A DNA stretch of 64,000 nt, taken from the NCBI RefSeq assembly GCF_009914755.1, contig NC_060927.1; one strand, written 5' to 3'. The translations under genes were made by a program, and so were the position numbers. Positions 1-15,602 of this stretch are shown here, in pieces (position 1 is the stretch's first letter; each line of letters opens with the position of its first letter). This DNA is from the human T2T-CHM13v2.0 reference genome, Homo sapiens. Below the pieces are notes generated by a model. It was not told the origin of the DNA and ran no database searches. It saw only the letters and a list, made by a program, of their open reading frames with translations.

Positions 1-689
1 TTACTCCAGATAATTACTCTTTAAAAAGGAGAGAGACAAAGAAAGTTGAGATTATTTTTACTCCATGGACTGAATGTTTGCATTGTTCATACGTTTTTAC
101 AGGTTATTTTTAAGATTGGAGAAGAAGATCATTTGTATACTGGTCTCTATTGAGGATAAGAGTTTGGGAGACAGTTACAATGTAAAATGAACATGAGCCA
201 TAAAATAGTCACTTGGTGTTTATGTTTTGATGATACGAAGACAACAAGGAATATAGTGGCTGCATTTTTCAGATGAGGACAAAAAGTCTAAGGAACAATG
301 TTTGCCCTACTTCTACACTGATGAGAAATGTAGAAAATATTGCATACATATTACATTACTGGATTGCATAGAACATTTTCACAGCTTATGAGGGCAACAA
401 ATAAAGCCTATGAAATCAAAACTGCCTTCTAGAATACTCCAAAAGTAAGCTTGAGTCCAAGTCATTTGTTAGATTCTTGTTCTTACTTTTCATAATGGAA
501 AATATTTATTGATAATAAATACCAATATAAGAAATAAATAAAATTATGTGATACCAAATTTCTCAACTCTGTTGTGTATCAGGACCAAGGAACATGTTCA
601 TTAGAATTTTTGACAAACACTAAAATCACTTTAAAAAATCCCACACGTGGAAGCTGTTTAATTAATACATATGTAATAACTAATAGCTA

Positions 690-880
690 CAAGTAGGCAC
701 TTCAAATTACTTCATTTAATTACACCTCACAACAGCTATTCAATATAAATAAAAATAATACTCCACTTTACAGATGAAAAGCCTGAGAACTAGAAAGATT
801 TAGTAACTCTATCAAAATCATACAACTAATAAGTGGCAGAACCAGGAGACACATCCAAATGTGATTCTTAACTACTCCAG
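690..880 (-). mobile_element. MIR SINE fragment
   Basis: Reverse-complement MIR core (ccactttacagatgaaaagcctgag...aagtggcagaaccagga). Boundaries approximate. Confidence 0.5.
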
Positions 881-1231
881 GGCACTTCAGTTCAAGCTAG
901 TGCAGGTTTTAACTAACTTGTGCTTTGGATTCACATGATCCCAGATCAGAGTAGAGAACAAGCATAGGCCAAATCTTTGTGGCCAGTTTGTTTTGCAGGA
1001 CATAGGAGAATAGAATGAGAGATACTCCTCCAAAAAAAAAAAAAAAAGGTGTTCAAGAAGTTTAATTTTTCATTTGAATTTATATCAAGTACTCATTTAA
1101 ACCATTCTCAAGATTATATTGATTCCTCTTTGTGTGCGTCCCACTTTGAAAATTCTCATCATTTGGAGGTAAATTTATTCCATTTTATTATTATCCTATA
1201 GAGGAAATATCTAAATTTTATTATTATAGAT

Positions 1232-1395
1232 CACTGTTTCTCAGCCTGTTCTTCTAATTGCAAAGATAAGAATTCCTTCCTTGTAAAAAACATTTTTCCT
1301 GGATCTCACTTTAGAATGCCTGAATCAAACTCTTTGGGGTCATGGCCTGGGGAATCTGGCTTTTCTTTTGCAAACTCACCAGGTTATTTGTGGTA
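1232..1395. mobile_element. MER5-family (hAT-Charlie) fragment
   Basis: cactgtttctca...tgaatcaaactct...ggggaatctggc...caaactcaccaggttat resembles MER5. Highly diverged. Confidence 0.4.
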
Positions 1396-3162
1396 GAAAT
1401 GAATTTCATTTGCTCAAAATCTAGATTTTGAAATCAATGCTCATTACGATGATTTAGACAGACAATGCAAAGCATCAGAGAGGTAGAAAAATGGTGAGGA
1501 TATACTCCATATTCTAGTCTCCTCTATCCCCATTTCTTGCTAACTCCCTCCTGCCCCTTTCTCCATTCATCAAACATGAGATGAAGTTTCCACAGTGTGC
1601 AGTCACTGGGCTGGCCTGAGATATTGCCAAATAGTTCAGGAGAGTGCATACTTCATCCCTGCTTTTGAATACTAAAGAAGGCCTGCTGTAAAAAAAAAAA
1701 AGTGTTTGTTATTGTTATATTCAGTGTTTTCCAAAATATTTACCCACAGAACCCTTTCTTTAAAGAATACGTGCTACTCCGGAAAGCACTGTTAGAAAAA
1801 GTGGACATGACAATGACATTATTTACATATCAAAATGCAATCAATAGCTGGTGGAATTCACTGGTGATGCATTCATTGCCTTTTTAAAACCACTGTTGCT
1901 TAAGCTAGCTCCTGGAAGACCTCACGCGTATTAGAGGCAATCCAGGTATTTGTGATACCAGACCTTATGTAGCCAAAAAGGATTCTTACTTCAAAGTTTC
2001 TACTTCTCTTTAGAAAGGCGTAAATTCAACTGATTCAATTATTCTGTTATAAATTTAGGCAAATAACTCAGTATCTTCATCTTGGTCTCTGTCTCATTGC
2101 TATTTTTCACCTTGCCTTTATTTGTTGCTTAATTATTAAAGCATAATGTGTACTTAAAACGCACACAGCTCAAACAAAACCATACAAAGTATACAGTGGA
2201 AACCAAAATTACACCTCATTCCTACAATATCAGTTCTATTCTTCAGAAGTATTTTTGCATTTTTCCCATATTTTCCCCCATATTTTGTGTGCAGTTTTTT
2301 TATTTTTAAATTTTAAAATATTTTAAACGTCTGGGGAAATAAATATGTATAATGTGTAATATATGTCATACATGATATGACTGTATATTTTTACAAAGAT
2401 GCCATCATATACTAGTCTAAAATTCACTTTTGTCTATTCAACATATTGCCTTAGGCTTCCGAAGTTCCCTGGAAATAAGGATTTTATGTTCCTAATGCAC
2501 CTCACAATTTTTAAAGTGCATTGCCATGAACTGTGTAATAACAGTACCTGGACCTAGTCTTAAAACAAGTTCTTTCCCAAATATCTGGGTACCACTTGGT
2601 TAGTTAATAATGTCTTAGCACATTATTATATGAGAATGTTTTCTCATGTAATAGTTATAAGTGTGTCACACGATTTTTACAAACAGCTTCTATAGAAACA
2701 CATTTTTTGCAAATCACTCAGTAAATATACTACAAGATATTATTATTTAAAGGAAAACTGGTATGAATTTTATTTTACACTAAGAAGCCTATTGAAAAAA
2801 TAAATAATTGCTCTCTAATTCATGAGTTTAAGTTATCCAAATTTTTATAAATCAGTATGTGGACTTTGTGGAGAATTTACGACCACCCAAATATGATAAC
2901 AGAATTTTACTCTTCAAGGTTTACATTCTTTTCATTTGCAAAGTCATGATCAACAAGGTAAGTAAAGCTAAATAATTAAATAAAAAATAATGTTCCTTGC
3001 GTAGTACTATCTCTTTCCCTTTTTTTTTCCCACTTGGTAAGATAGCAAATGGAGAATATTTTTAGCTTATTTATACTGAACTGTTATTTGGCAAAATTAA
3101 CATTTAAAATAAAATATTCATTTCAAAGGATTAGCTATCATTACATTTAAAAACTGGATTTG

Positions 3163-3430
3163 CAGAGAGCAGACTGGTGGTTGCCAGGGGCTGAGGAAGT
3201 AAGAGAAGTAAAGAGATGTTGCTCAAAGGGCACAAACTTTCTCTCAGTAGATAAACAGGTCCTGGGGATCTAATAATGTACAGCACGACTAGCAATAAAT
3301 GTTAACTAAATTGGTTGTGGTAATCTTTACATAATGTACACATATACCAAATTATCACAGTGTACAACCTGAATATATCCCATTTTGTTTGTCTATTAAA
3401 CATTTTAAATTTTAAAATATATAAAAAATA
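3163..3430 (+). mobile_element. L1MA/L1MB 3' end fragment
   Basis: gagagcagactggtggttgccaggggctgagg...cacatataccaaattatcacagtgtacaacctgaatata, typical of old L1M 3' UTR. Confidence 0.65.
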
Positions 3431-3618
3431 AAATGTATTACAGTATTTTGTAAAATAAAGTGAATCGTGCATTTGATAAAAATACTCAGGTAGTAAAGAA
3501 AGGCTAAAAGTAAAATCTCTTTCTTCCAATCCCTCCTCCCAACAAAGAGTGCCACTCCCCAGAGATAACTATGGTTAGTAGTATCTTGTATTTATCCTTT
3601 CCAATAAAAATGTCTATC

Positions 3619-3663
<45 letters not shown>
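3619..3663. repeat. (TA)n(CA)n microsatellite
   Basis: Seen directly. Confidence 0.95.
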
Positions 3664-3669
<6 letters not shown>

Positions 3670-3675
3670 TATACT

Positions 3676-4003
3676 TTTTATTTTTTATTGATTCCAGGGT
3701 ACCTGTGCAGGTTTGTTATATAGGTAAATTGCATCTCATGGAGGTTTGGTGTACAGATTATTTCATCAACCATATAATAAACATAGTACCTGATAGGTAG
3801 TTTTTGCTCCTCTCCTTCCTCCCAACATCCACCCTCAATTAGGTCTCGGTGTCTGCTGCTCCTTCCTTTGTTCCTTATATATTCAATGTTTAGCTCCCAC
3901 TTATAGGTGAGAACATGCGGTATTTGGTTTTCTGTTCCTGCATTAGTTCACTTACGATGTGGCCTCTAGCTCCATCCATGTTGCTGCAAAGGACACGATC
4001 TCG
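3676..4003 (-). mobile_element. L1PA13-16-like 3' UTR fragment
   Basis: T-rich tail, then gtacctgtgcaggtttgttatataggtaaattg...gtgagaacatgcggtatttggttttctg. Confidence 0.8.
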
Positions 4004-5004
4004 TACTTATAGCCTTTTTATTAGTTCCTAAACAGGATCATACCACATGCACTGTCCTGAACCTTGCCTTTTTTTACTTAATACCTTGTTCGAACTTTTA
4101 TCTTATTAGCATTTACAGATTTACTTCATTTAAAAAAAAAAAAAACACTTGACATCCCTCTTTGACTTCACTGTAATTTATTTAACCTAGCCCCTCTTCT
4201 GGGACACTTGGGCTGTTTCTCTCTTCTGGCTATTAAAAACAATGCTGCAATGAACATCCTTATGCATTTATTTTAGCATGTTGTTTGAAGAATACCAATG
4301 GCACAAATTTCTAGCAGTGATAGTATTACTTGCATAGATTAAGATGATCAATAGTACTCAAGAATCAAAAGCATGTCAAGAAGCAAGAACTCTCTAACAC
4401 GGGTAGTGTAAGTGGAAATTGGTGCAAACTTCTGGAAGGGCAATTTGATTATGCCTTAACAAAATTTGAAATTCATATATAATTTCAACCAGAAATTTCA
4501 GTGTCAGAAATTGACCTGATCAATACATAAGATTATTTCTTATGAATATACCCTCCTACATTACATCTATGCAGCTGTAAAGTTAAGAGTATTAGAGCTG
4601 GAATGGAATGTAGAAATTATCTATTCCAATTTCTGAGGCCCAAGGAGGTTAAGTTACACAGTGAACAGGTGCCCAACAGAGAAATTCTGCACTAGCTGCT
4701 AGATACTTCAAAGGGATAGACAATTAGACACATCCTTTTTCTCTCAGGCCTCCATCTCATTGGTCATAGTTACTATATTGCTATCTCTCTTCCTTGCTGT
4801 GTCTGTCCTTGTGTTGTTTTGTTAGATTTTTATCAAAGGTGTGGTTCTGTAGGTTTCATGTCCCAGGAAAACGTTTCACCAGAGGACAGGTCCATTCAGT
4901 ATGATTGAGGGCTGGGGAGAATAAAAGAGTAACCAGGGTGTTAAGCCTTAAGAAAGTGAGTTAGTGGTCTGGTATCTGTCCTTTATAGGTTGCTAAATTA
5001 AAAA

Positions 5005-5853
5005 CCATTTTTTGAAAATACGCACAACACTTCTGACACCAAATATGTGGGTTTTTCCTTCACATTAAGCAATTATCCAACTCTTGGGACACCAACTGGG
5101 TGTCCTGCAATTCAGTTCTGACTTTATCTGGAGTGAGAGTAGATCCCACAGGTTAAGAGCTAAGTCCTATGAGACTGCCCACCACTTCAGACACCAAACA
5201 CAAGTCCCAAGTTGTCACCTGTACTCTGACCAACCAACTATAAATTGTTCCTTCCCAAACTCCTTGATAATTTGCTATAAGAGCTCATAAAACTCAGGGA
5301 ACATTTACTTCTGATTACCAGTTCATTACAAAGGCTATTATGAAGGATGCAGATGAACAGCCAGCTGAAGAGGTGCATAGGGTGAGATCCAAAGTGTTCT
5401 GAGCACGGCAGCTTCTGTCCCCGTGAAGTTGGGGTGAACCACACTCCTGGCACATGGATGTGTTCAGCAACACAGAAGCTCTCCAAACCCTGTCATTGAG
5501 GGAGGCTTCATCACAGAGGCATGGTTGAATATTCACTCACTCTCCATTCCCTCACACCTTCTGGGAGGATAAGGGCAGGGCTGAAAGTTCCAAACTTCTA
5601 ATCATGGCTCAGTCTTTCTGGTGACCAGCCTCCATTCTGGATCTATTCAGAAAATTAAAACAAAAGATGCTCTTATTACCTAGGAAATTCCAAGGGATTT
5701 AGGAGCTCTGTGTCAAGAATTGGGATCAAAAAACAAATGTTAGATGAAAAGAAGCTCCTAGCACCCCTGTCACTAGGAAAATACAAGGGTTCTAGGAGCT
5801 CTGTGCCAGGAGCCAGGGGAAGAGACCAAATATGTATTTCTTATTATGTCACA
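5005..5853 (-). mobile_element. MER21-family solo LTR
   Basis: Ends in agagaccaaatatgtatttcttattatgtcaca, the reverse complement of the MER21 start, with the characteristic repeated aagggtt(c)taggagctctgtg. Left boundary approximate. Confidence 0.7.
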
Positions 5854-7499
5854 GATGGGAATTCAAAACAAACAGGGGTCAAGGGTGGTATCCTTAGTGA
5901 CCAGGACAGGTCCTGATCCGTAGTGACCTTCGTTACTCCAAAAAGGAAAAGCATCTGCCAGTTTTGTAAAACACATAATGAGTCACAGATTTCCACAGCT
6001 AGCATCAATTGACTGGTCAATAACTTTATGTCCATGTATTTTAAGACTTAAAATCTTAATACTTGTTATATATGGCAGAGTGTAAGCTGGACATCAACAG
6101 GCAATTCACATACAAAAAAGGAGTTACTAACAGAAAATGATAGAATATTAGAATAAAATAATTAGAAAAAAATGACAATCTTGAAGCATCATTTTTTCTG
6201 TCCAAGTTATCAAAGTTTATCTTTTCACAGTAATATTTCAGGTTATTGAGATTTTTTTGTTTAATGGGTGCTTATTTGGGTAGACGGGGGAAACTTTGAG
6301 AGCACCGTTGACTGCACAGACTTAAAAACTGAAACATTTTGGCCCAATAATTTTGCTACTAGTAATTTAGCCTAGAAACATCATTCAGAAAAAGAAAGTT
6401 GCTATAAACACTGGGATGTTCCCAACAACCTAATTTTTTGACTAGAAAAATTGGAAGATGCCTAAAGTCCAATAAATGAAGAGTGGTGAGTAAAATTGTA
6501 GTAGGTCAAACAGATGAAACATTAAATAGATGATGATTATCAAAGCCATGTAACTTAGTAAGCAAATATTGTCATACATTTATAAAATCAAGATGTGAAA
6601 TTGTGCATACACTAGTATTGATAAACTTAATGGATGGCTGTGTATGAATAAGTTCCAGAAAGGAATATATAAGTACATACACACACACAAAGTAGACTTT
6701 GTATTATAATTTTTGTAATATTTTATTTGACCAACAATAACAAAATTAAGCAATAAAAATAACAAAACAAAAAGACATATGAATATTTTTACTTTTCATA
6801 GGTTTTCTCCTGTTGCTTCTGTACATATTCTTGGTTAGTTCCACCTAGAATGTGAAAAAGAGGAGAACTGTTTTGCTCAATACATACAGTTTTAGGGAGA
6901 CAGTCTCAGAATTTGAGTACAACCCCAGTGCACTATCTTAATTCATTCTGGAATGAGAGAAATCTAATGATGTAACAATAGAATCAAATCAAGTAAGACT
7001 TTAAAAATGGTTACTTTTTTAAAATGCAGGAAGATGTACAATTTCAAGTTTCAACATTTCCAATGACAGGAAAGTCACTACCCCACAAAGCAGCATACTC
7101 AATTTATAAATAGCTATTCATTCATTCTACATGTATTGAGCCGATTTTCCGTTTAGAATAATCGAATCGAAAGCAACAAGACGGAAAGCAGGAAGATCAG
7201 TTAGGAGACTCTCTATTTAGTATAGGTGAAAGATAATGAGGCCCAAACTAAGTCAGCACCAGGAGAGAAAATGAAAGAACAAATTTAAAATATATTTGGA
7301 AAACAGCTCAATTAGACTTAATGACTACCTCCAGACGAGGTCTAAGGGAAGAGTATTAGATTTCCCCTCTCAGTAAGAGTAGAAAATAATCTCTGGCCAT
7401 CTTTACTCTGCCATACCCTCCTTCCATCTTCCATAAATTTGTTTTAAAATCTGAGCTTATCAGAGAGCCCAGACTTCTATATTGTTTCTTCTCCTAATT

Positions 7500-8152
7500 T
7501 TTAAAATTGATTTTTATTTTTATATATTTAGGGGGTACGAGTGCATATTTCTTACATTCTTATACTGTGTAGTTGTGGAACCTGGGTTTTTCGCGTACCC
7601 ATCACCCACATAGTGAACACTGAACCCAAGAGGTAATTTCTCAACCCTTGCTCCCACACCACTATCCCATGTTTTGTAGTCTCTAGTGTTTATTATTACA
7701 CTCTGAATGTCCATGTGTACCCATTGTTTAGCTTCCACTTATTGTTTATTGGAAATAAAATACACGTTCAAATGTATTTGCAAATACATGTTCAAATACA
7801 GCATGTTTTTGACTGTATATTTCTGTATTTGACTTTCTGTTTCTGAGTTATTCCATTTGGGATAATGGCCCCTAGTTCCATCCATGTTGCTGCAAAAGAT
7901 ATGATTCCATTCCTTTTCATGGCTGCATAGTATTCCATATATAGATAGAGATATATAGATATATCACATTTTCATTATCCAGTCCTCTATTGATAGAAAT
8001 TTAGGTTGATTCCACATCTTTGCTATTGTGAACAGTGCTGTGATAAACATGCAAGTACAGGTATCTTTTCCATATAATGATTTCATTCCCTTTGAGTATA
8101 TACCCAGTAGTGGAATTACTGGATTGAATCGTAGTTCTTTTTCTAGTTTTTT
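7500..8152 (-). mobile_element. L1MA-type 3' end fragment with internal non-L1 patch
   Basis: tttagggggtacgagtgcatatttcttacat...; ORF2 C-terminal remnant; interrupted at 7743-7824. Confidence 0.75.
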
Positions 8153-10297
8153 GTCTTCTCCTAATTTTTAACTGCTGACTTATTTTATTGAGACACAATT
8201 TTTTTACTTGTAAGGGTCCTCTTTCCGTTTTTTTTTCTTCAGCTTTTAAGTTCTGAGGTACATGTGCCAGATGTGCAGGATTGTTACATAGGTAAACATG
8301 TGCCTTGGTGGTTTGTTGCTCAGATTATCCCATCACCTACATATTAAGCCCAGCATCTGTTAGCTATTCTTTCTGGTGCTCTTCATCCCCCGACTCCCAC
8401 TCCGACATGCCTCAGTGTACTTTGTTCCCCTCAATGCGTCCATGTGTTCTCATCATTCAGCTCCCACGTATAACTGAGAACATGCAGTGTTTGGTTTTCT
8501 GTTCCTGTGTTAGTCTGCTGAGGATAATGGCTTCCAGCTCCATCCATGTTCCTGCAAAGAACATGATCTTATTCCTTTTTATGGCTGCATAGTGTTCCAT
8601 GTTGTATATGTACCACATTTTTCTTTATCCAGTCTATCATTACTGGACATTTAGGTTAATTCCATGTCTTTGCTATTGTGAATAGTGCTGCAGTGAACAT
8701 ATGCATGCATGTATCTTTATAATAGAATGATTTACATTCCTTTGGGTGTATACCTAGTAATAGGGTTGCAGGGTCAAATGGTATTTCTGCCTCTAGGTCT
8801 TTGAGGAATCACCACACTGTCTTCCACAATGGTTGAACTAATTTACACTCCCACTAACAGTGTAAAAGTGTTACTTTTTCTCCACAACCTCACCAGCATC
8901 TTTTTTTTTTTTTGACTTCTTAGTAATAGCCATTCTGACTGACGTGAGATGGTATCTCATTGTGGTTTTGATTTGCATTTCTCAAATGGTCAGTGATGCT
9001 GAGCTTTTTTTCATGTTTCTTGGCTGCATACATGTCTTCCTTTGAGAAGTGTCTATTCATGCCTAGATTTTCTTCTAGGGATTTTATAATTCTGGGTTTT
9101 ACACTTTAAATCTTTATTTATGGATTTAAGTCTTTAATCCATCTTGAGTTAATTTCTGTATATGGTGTAAGGAAATAGTCCAGTTTCAGTTTTCTGCATA
9201 TGGCTAGCCAGTTCTCCCAGCACCAATTTTTAAATGGAGAATCTTTTCCCCATTGCTTGTTTTTGTCAAGTTTGTCAAAGCTCAGATGGTTGTAGGTGTG
9301 TACTCTTATTTTTGAGTTCTCTATTCTGTTCCATTGTTGCATGTGTCTGTTCTTGTACCAGTACCATGCTGTTTTGGTTACTGTAGCCTTGTAGTATAGT
9401 TTGAAGTCGGGTAGCATGATGCCACCAGCTTTGTTCTTTTCACTTAGGATTGTCTTGGTTATTTGGGCTCTTTTTAGGTTCCATATGAATTTTAAAATAA
9501 TTTTTTCTAATTCTGTGAAGTATGTCAATGGTAGTTTAATGGGAATAGCATTGACTCTATAAATTACTTTGGGCAATATGGCCATTTTCACAATATTGAT
9601 TTTTCCTATTCATGAGTATGGAATATTGTTCCATTTGTTTATGTCCTCTCTGATTCCTTTGAATAGTGGTTTGTAGTTCTTCTTGAAGAGGTCATTCATG
9701 TCCCTTGTTAACTGTATTCCTAGGTATTTTATTCTTTTTGTAGCAATTGTGAATGGGAGTTCATTCATGATTTGGCTCTCTGCTTGCCTTTTGTTGGTGT
9801 ATAGGAATGCTAGAGATGTTTGCACATTGATTTTGTATCCTGAGAGTTTGCTGAAGTTGTTTATCAGCTTAAGAAGCTTTGGGGCTGAGACAATAGGGTT
9901 TTCTAGATATAGGATCATGTCATCTGCAAACAAAGATAATTTGACTTCCTCTCTTTCTATTTGAGTATCCTCTATTTGAGTATCTCTTGCCTGATTGCCC
10001 TGGCCAGAGCTTCCAATATATATTGAATAGGAGTGGTGAGAGAGGGTATCCTTGTCTTGTACTGGTTTTCAAGGGGAATGCTTCCAGCTTTTGCTTATTC
10101 AGTATGGCATTGGCTATGGGTTTGTCATAGATGGCTCTCATTGTTTTGAGGTATGTTCCTTCAATACCTAGTTTATTGAGAGTTTTTAACGTAAAGGGAT
10201 GTTGAATGTTACTGAAGGTCTTTTCTGCATCTATTGAGATAATCATATGGTTTTTGTCTTTAGTTCTGTTTATGTGATGAATCACATTTATTGAATT

Positions 10298-11045
10298 ATG
10301 TTTTCTTAAAATTTTACTTTAATTTCTGGGATACATGTGCAGAATGTGCAGGTTTGTGACATAGGTATACATGTCCCATGGTGGTTTGCTGCACCTACCA
10401 ACCCATCATCTAGGTCTTAAGTCCTGCATGCATCAGGTATTTGTTCTAATATTCTCCCTCCCCTTACCCCCACTCCCTGACAGGCCCTGGTGTGTGATGT
10501 TCCCCTCCCTATGTCCATGTGTTCTTATTGTTCAACTCCCACTTATGAGTGAGAACAGGCAGTATTTGGTTTTCTGTTCCTGTGTTAGTTTGCTGAGAAT
10601 GATGGCTTCCAGCTTCATCCATGTCCCTGCAAAGGACATGAACTCATTCTTTTTTATGGCTGCATAGTATTCCATGGTGTATATGTGCCACATTTTCTTT
10701 ATCCAGTCTATCATTGACGGGTATTTTGGTTGGTCCCAAGTCTTTGCTATTGTAAATAGTGTTGCAGTAAACATATGTGGCATGTGTCTTTATAGTAGAA
10801 TGATTTATAATCCTTTGGGTATATACCCAGTAACGGGATTGCTGGGTCAAATGGTATTTCTGGTTCTAGATCCTTAAGGAATCACCCACACTGTCTTCCA
10901 CAATGGTTGAACTAATTTACACTCCCACCAACAGTGTAAAAGCATTCCTCTTTCTCCGCAGCCTCGCCAGCATCTGTTGTTTCCTGACTTTTTAATAATC
11001 ACCATTCTAACTGGTGTGAGACGGTATCTCACTCTGGATTTGATT
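10298..11045 (-). mobile_element. Nested 5'-truncated L1PA7/8-like 3' fragment
   Basis: A second 3' UTR plus ORF2 C-terminus interrupts host ORF2 at atcacatttattga|tttgtgcatattgaa. Short degenerate TSD attgaatt/attgattt. Confidence 0.85.
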
Positions 11046-12385
11046 GATTTGTGCATATTGAATCAACCTTGCATCCTGTGGATGAAGTCAATTTAATTGT
11101 GGTTGATAAGCTTTTTGATGTGCTGCTGGATTCAGTTTGCCAGTATTTTATTGAGCATTTTGGCATTGTTGTTCATCAAGGATATTGACCTGAAGTTTTC
11201 TTTTTTTCTTGTACCTCTGCCAGGTTTTGGTATCAGGACAATGCTGGACTCATAGAATGAGTTAGGGAGGAGTCCCTCCTTTTTATTTTTTTGGAATAGT
11301 TTCAGTAGCAGTGGTACTAACTCTTCTTTGTACCTCTGTTAGAATTCAGCTGTGAATCCATCTGGTCCTGGGCTTTTTTTGGTTGGTAGGCAATTTATTA
11401 CTGCCTCAACTTTGGAACTTAGTATTGGTCTATTGAGGGATTCAGTTTCTTCCTGGTTTAGTCTCGGGAGGGTATATGTTTCCAGGAATTTATCCATTTC
11501 TTCTGTATTTTCTAGTTTATGTGCACAGAGGTGCTTATAGCATTCTATGATGGTTGTTTGTATTTCTATCAAGTCAGTGGTGATATCTCCCTTATTTCTG
11601 ACTATGTTTGATTTTTTTTTACTTTATTAGTCTAGCTAGTGGTCTATTTTATTAATTTTTTTCAAAAAAAAACAGCTTCTAGATTCATTGATTTTTTTGA
11701 AGAGTTTTTCATGTCTCTATCTACTTCAGTTCAGCTCTGATCTTGGTTATTTCTTATCTTCTGTTAGCTTTGAGATTTGTTTGCTCTTGCTTCTCTAGTT
11801 CTTTTAGTTGAGATGTTAGGTTGTTATCTTGAGATCTTTCTAGCTTTTTGATGTGGGCAGTTAGTGGTACAAATTTCCCTCTTAACACTGCTTTAGCTGT
11901 GTCTCAGAGATTCTGATACATTGTGTCTTTGTTCTCATTAGTTTCAAAGAAGTTCTTGATTTCTGCCTTAATTTCATTATTTACCCAAGAGTCATTTATT
12001 TAGGAACAGGTTGTTCAATTTCCAGGTAATTGTGTGGTTTTGAGTGAATTTCTTAATCTTGAATTCCAATTTGATTGCACTGTGGTCTGAGAGACTGTTT
12101 GTTATGATTTCCGTTCTTTTGCATTTGCTGAGGAGAGTTTTACTTCTGACTATGTGATCAATTTTAGAGTGAATGTTGTGTGGCAATGAGATGAATGTAT
12201 ATTCTGTTGTTTTGGGGTGGAGAGTTCTGTAGATGTCTATCAGGTCCATTTGATTCAGAGCTGAGTTCAGGTCCTGAATATATTTGTTGAGTTTCTGTCT
12301 CCATGATCTGTCTAATATTGACAGTGGGTGTTGTAGTCTCCCACTATTATTGTATGGGAGTCTAAGTCTATTTATAAGTCTCTGA

Positions 12386-15602
<3,217 letters not shown>

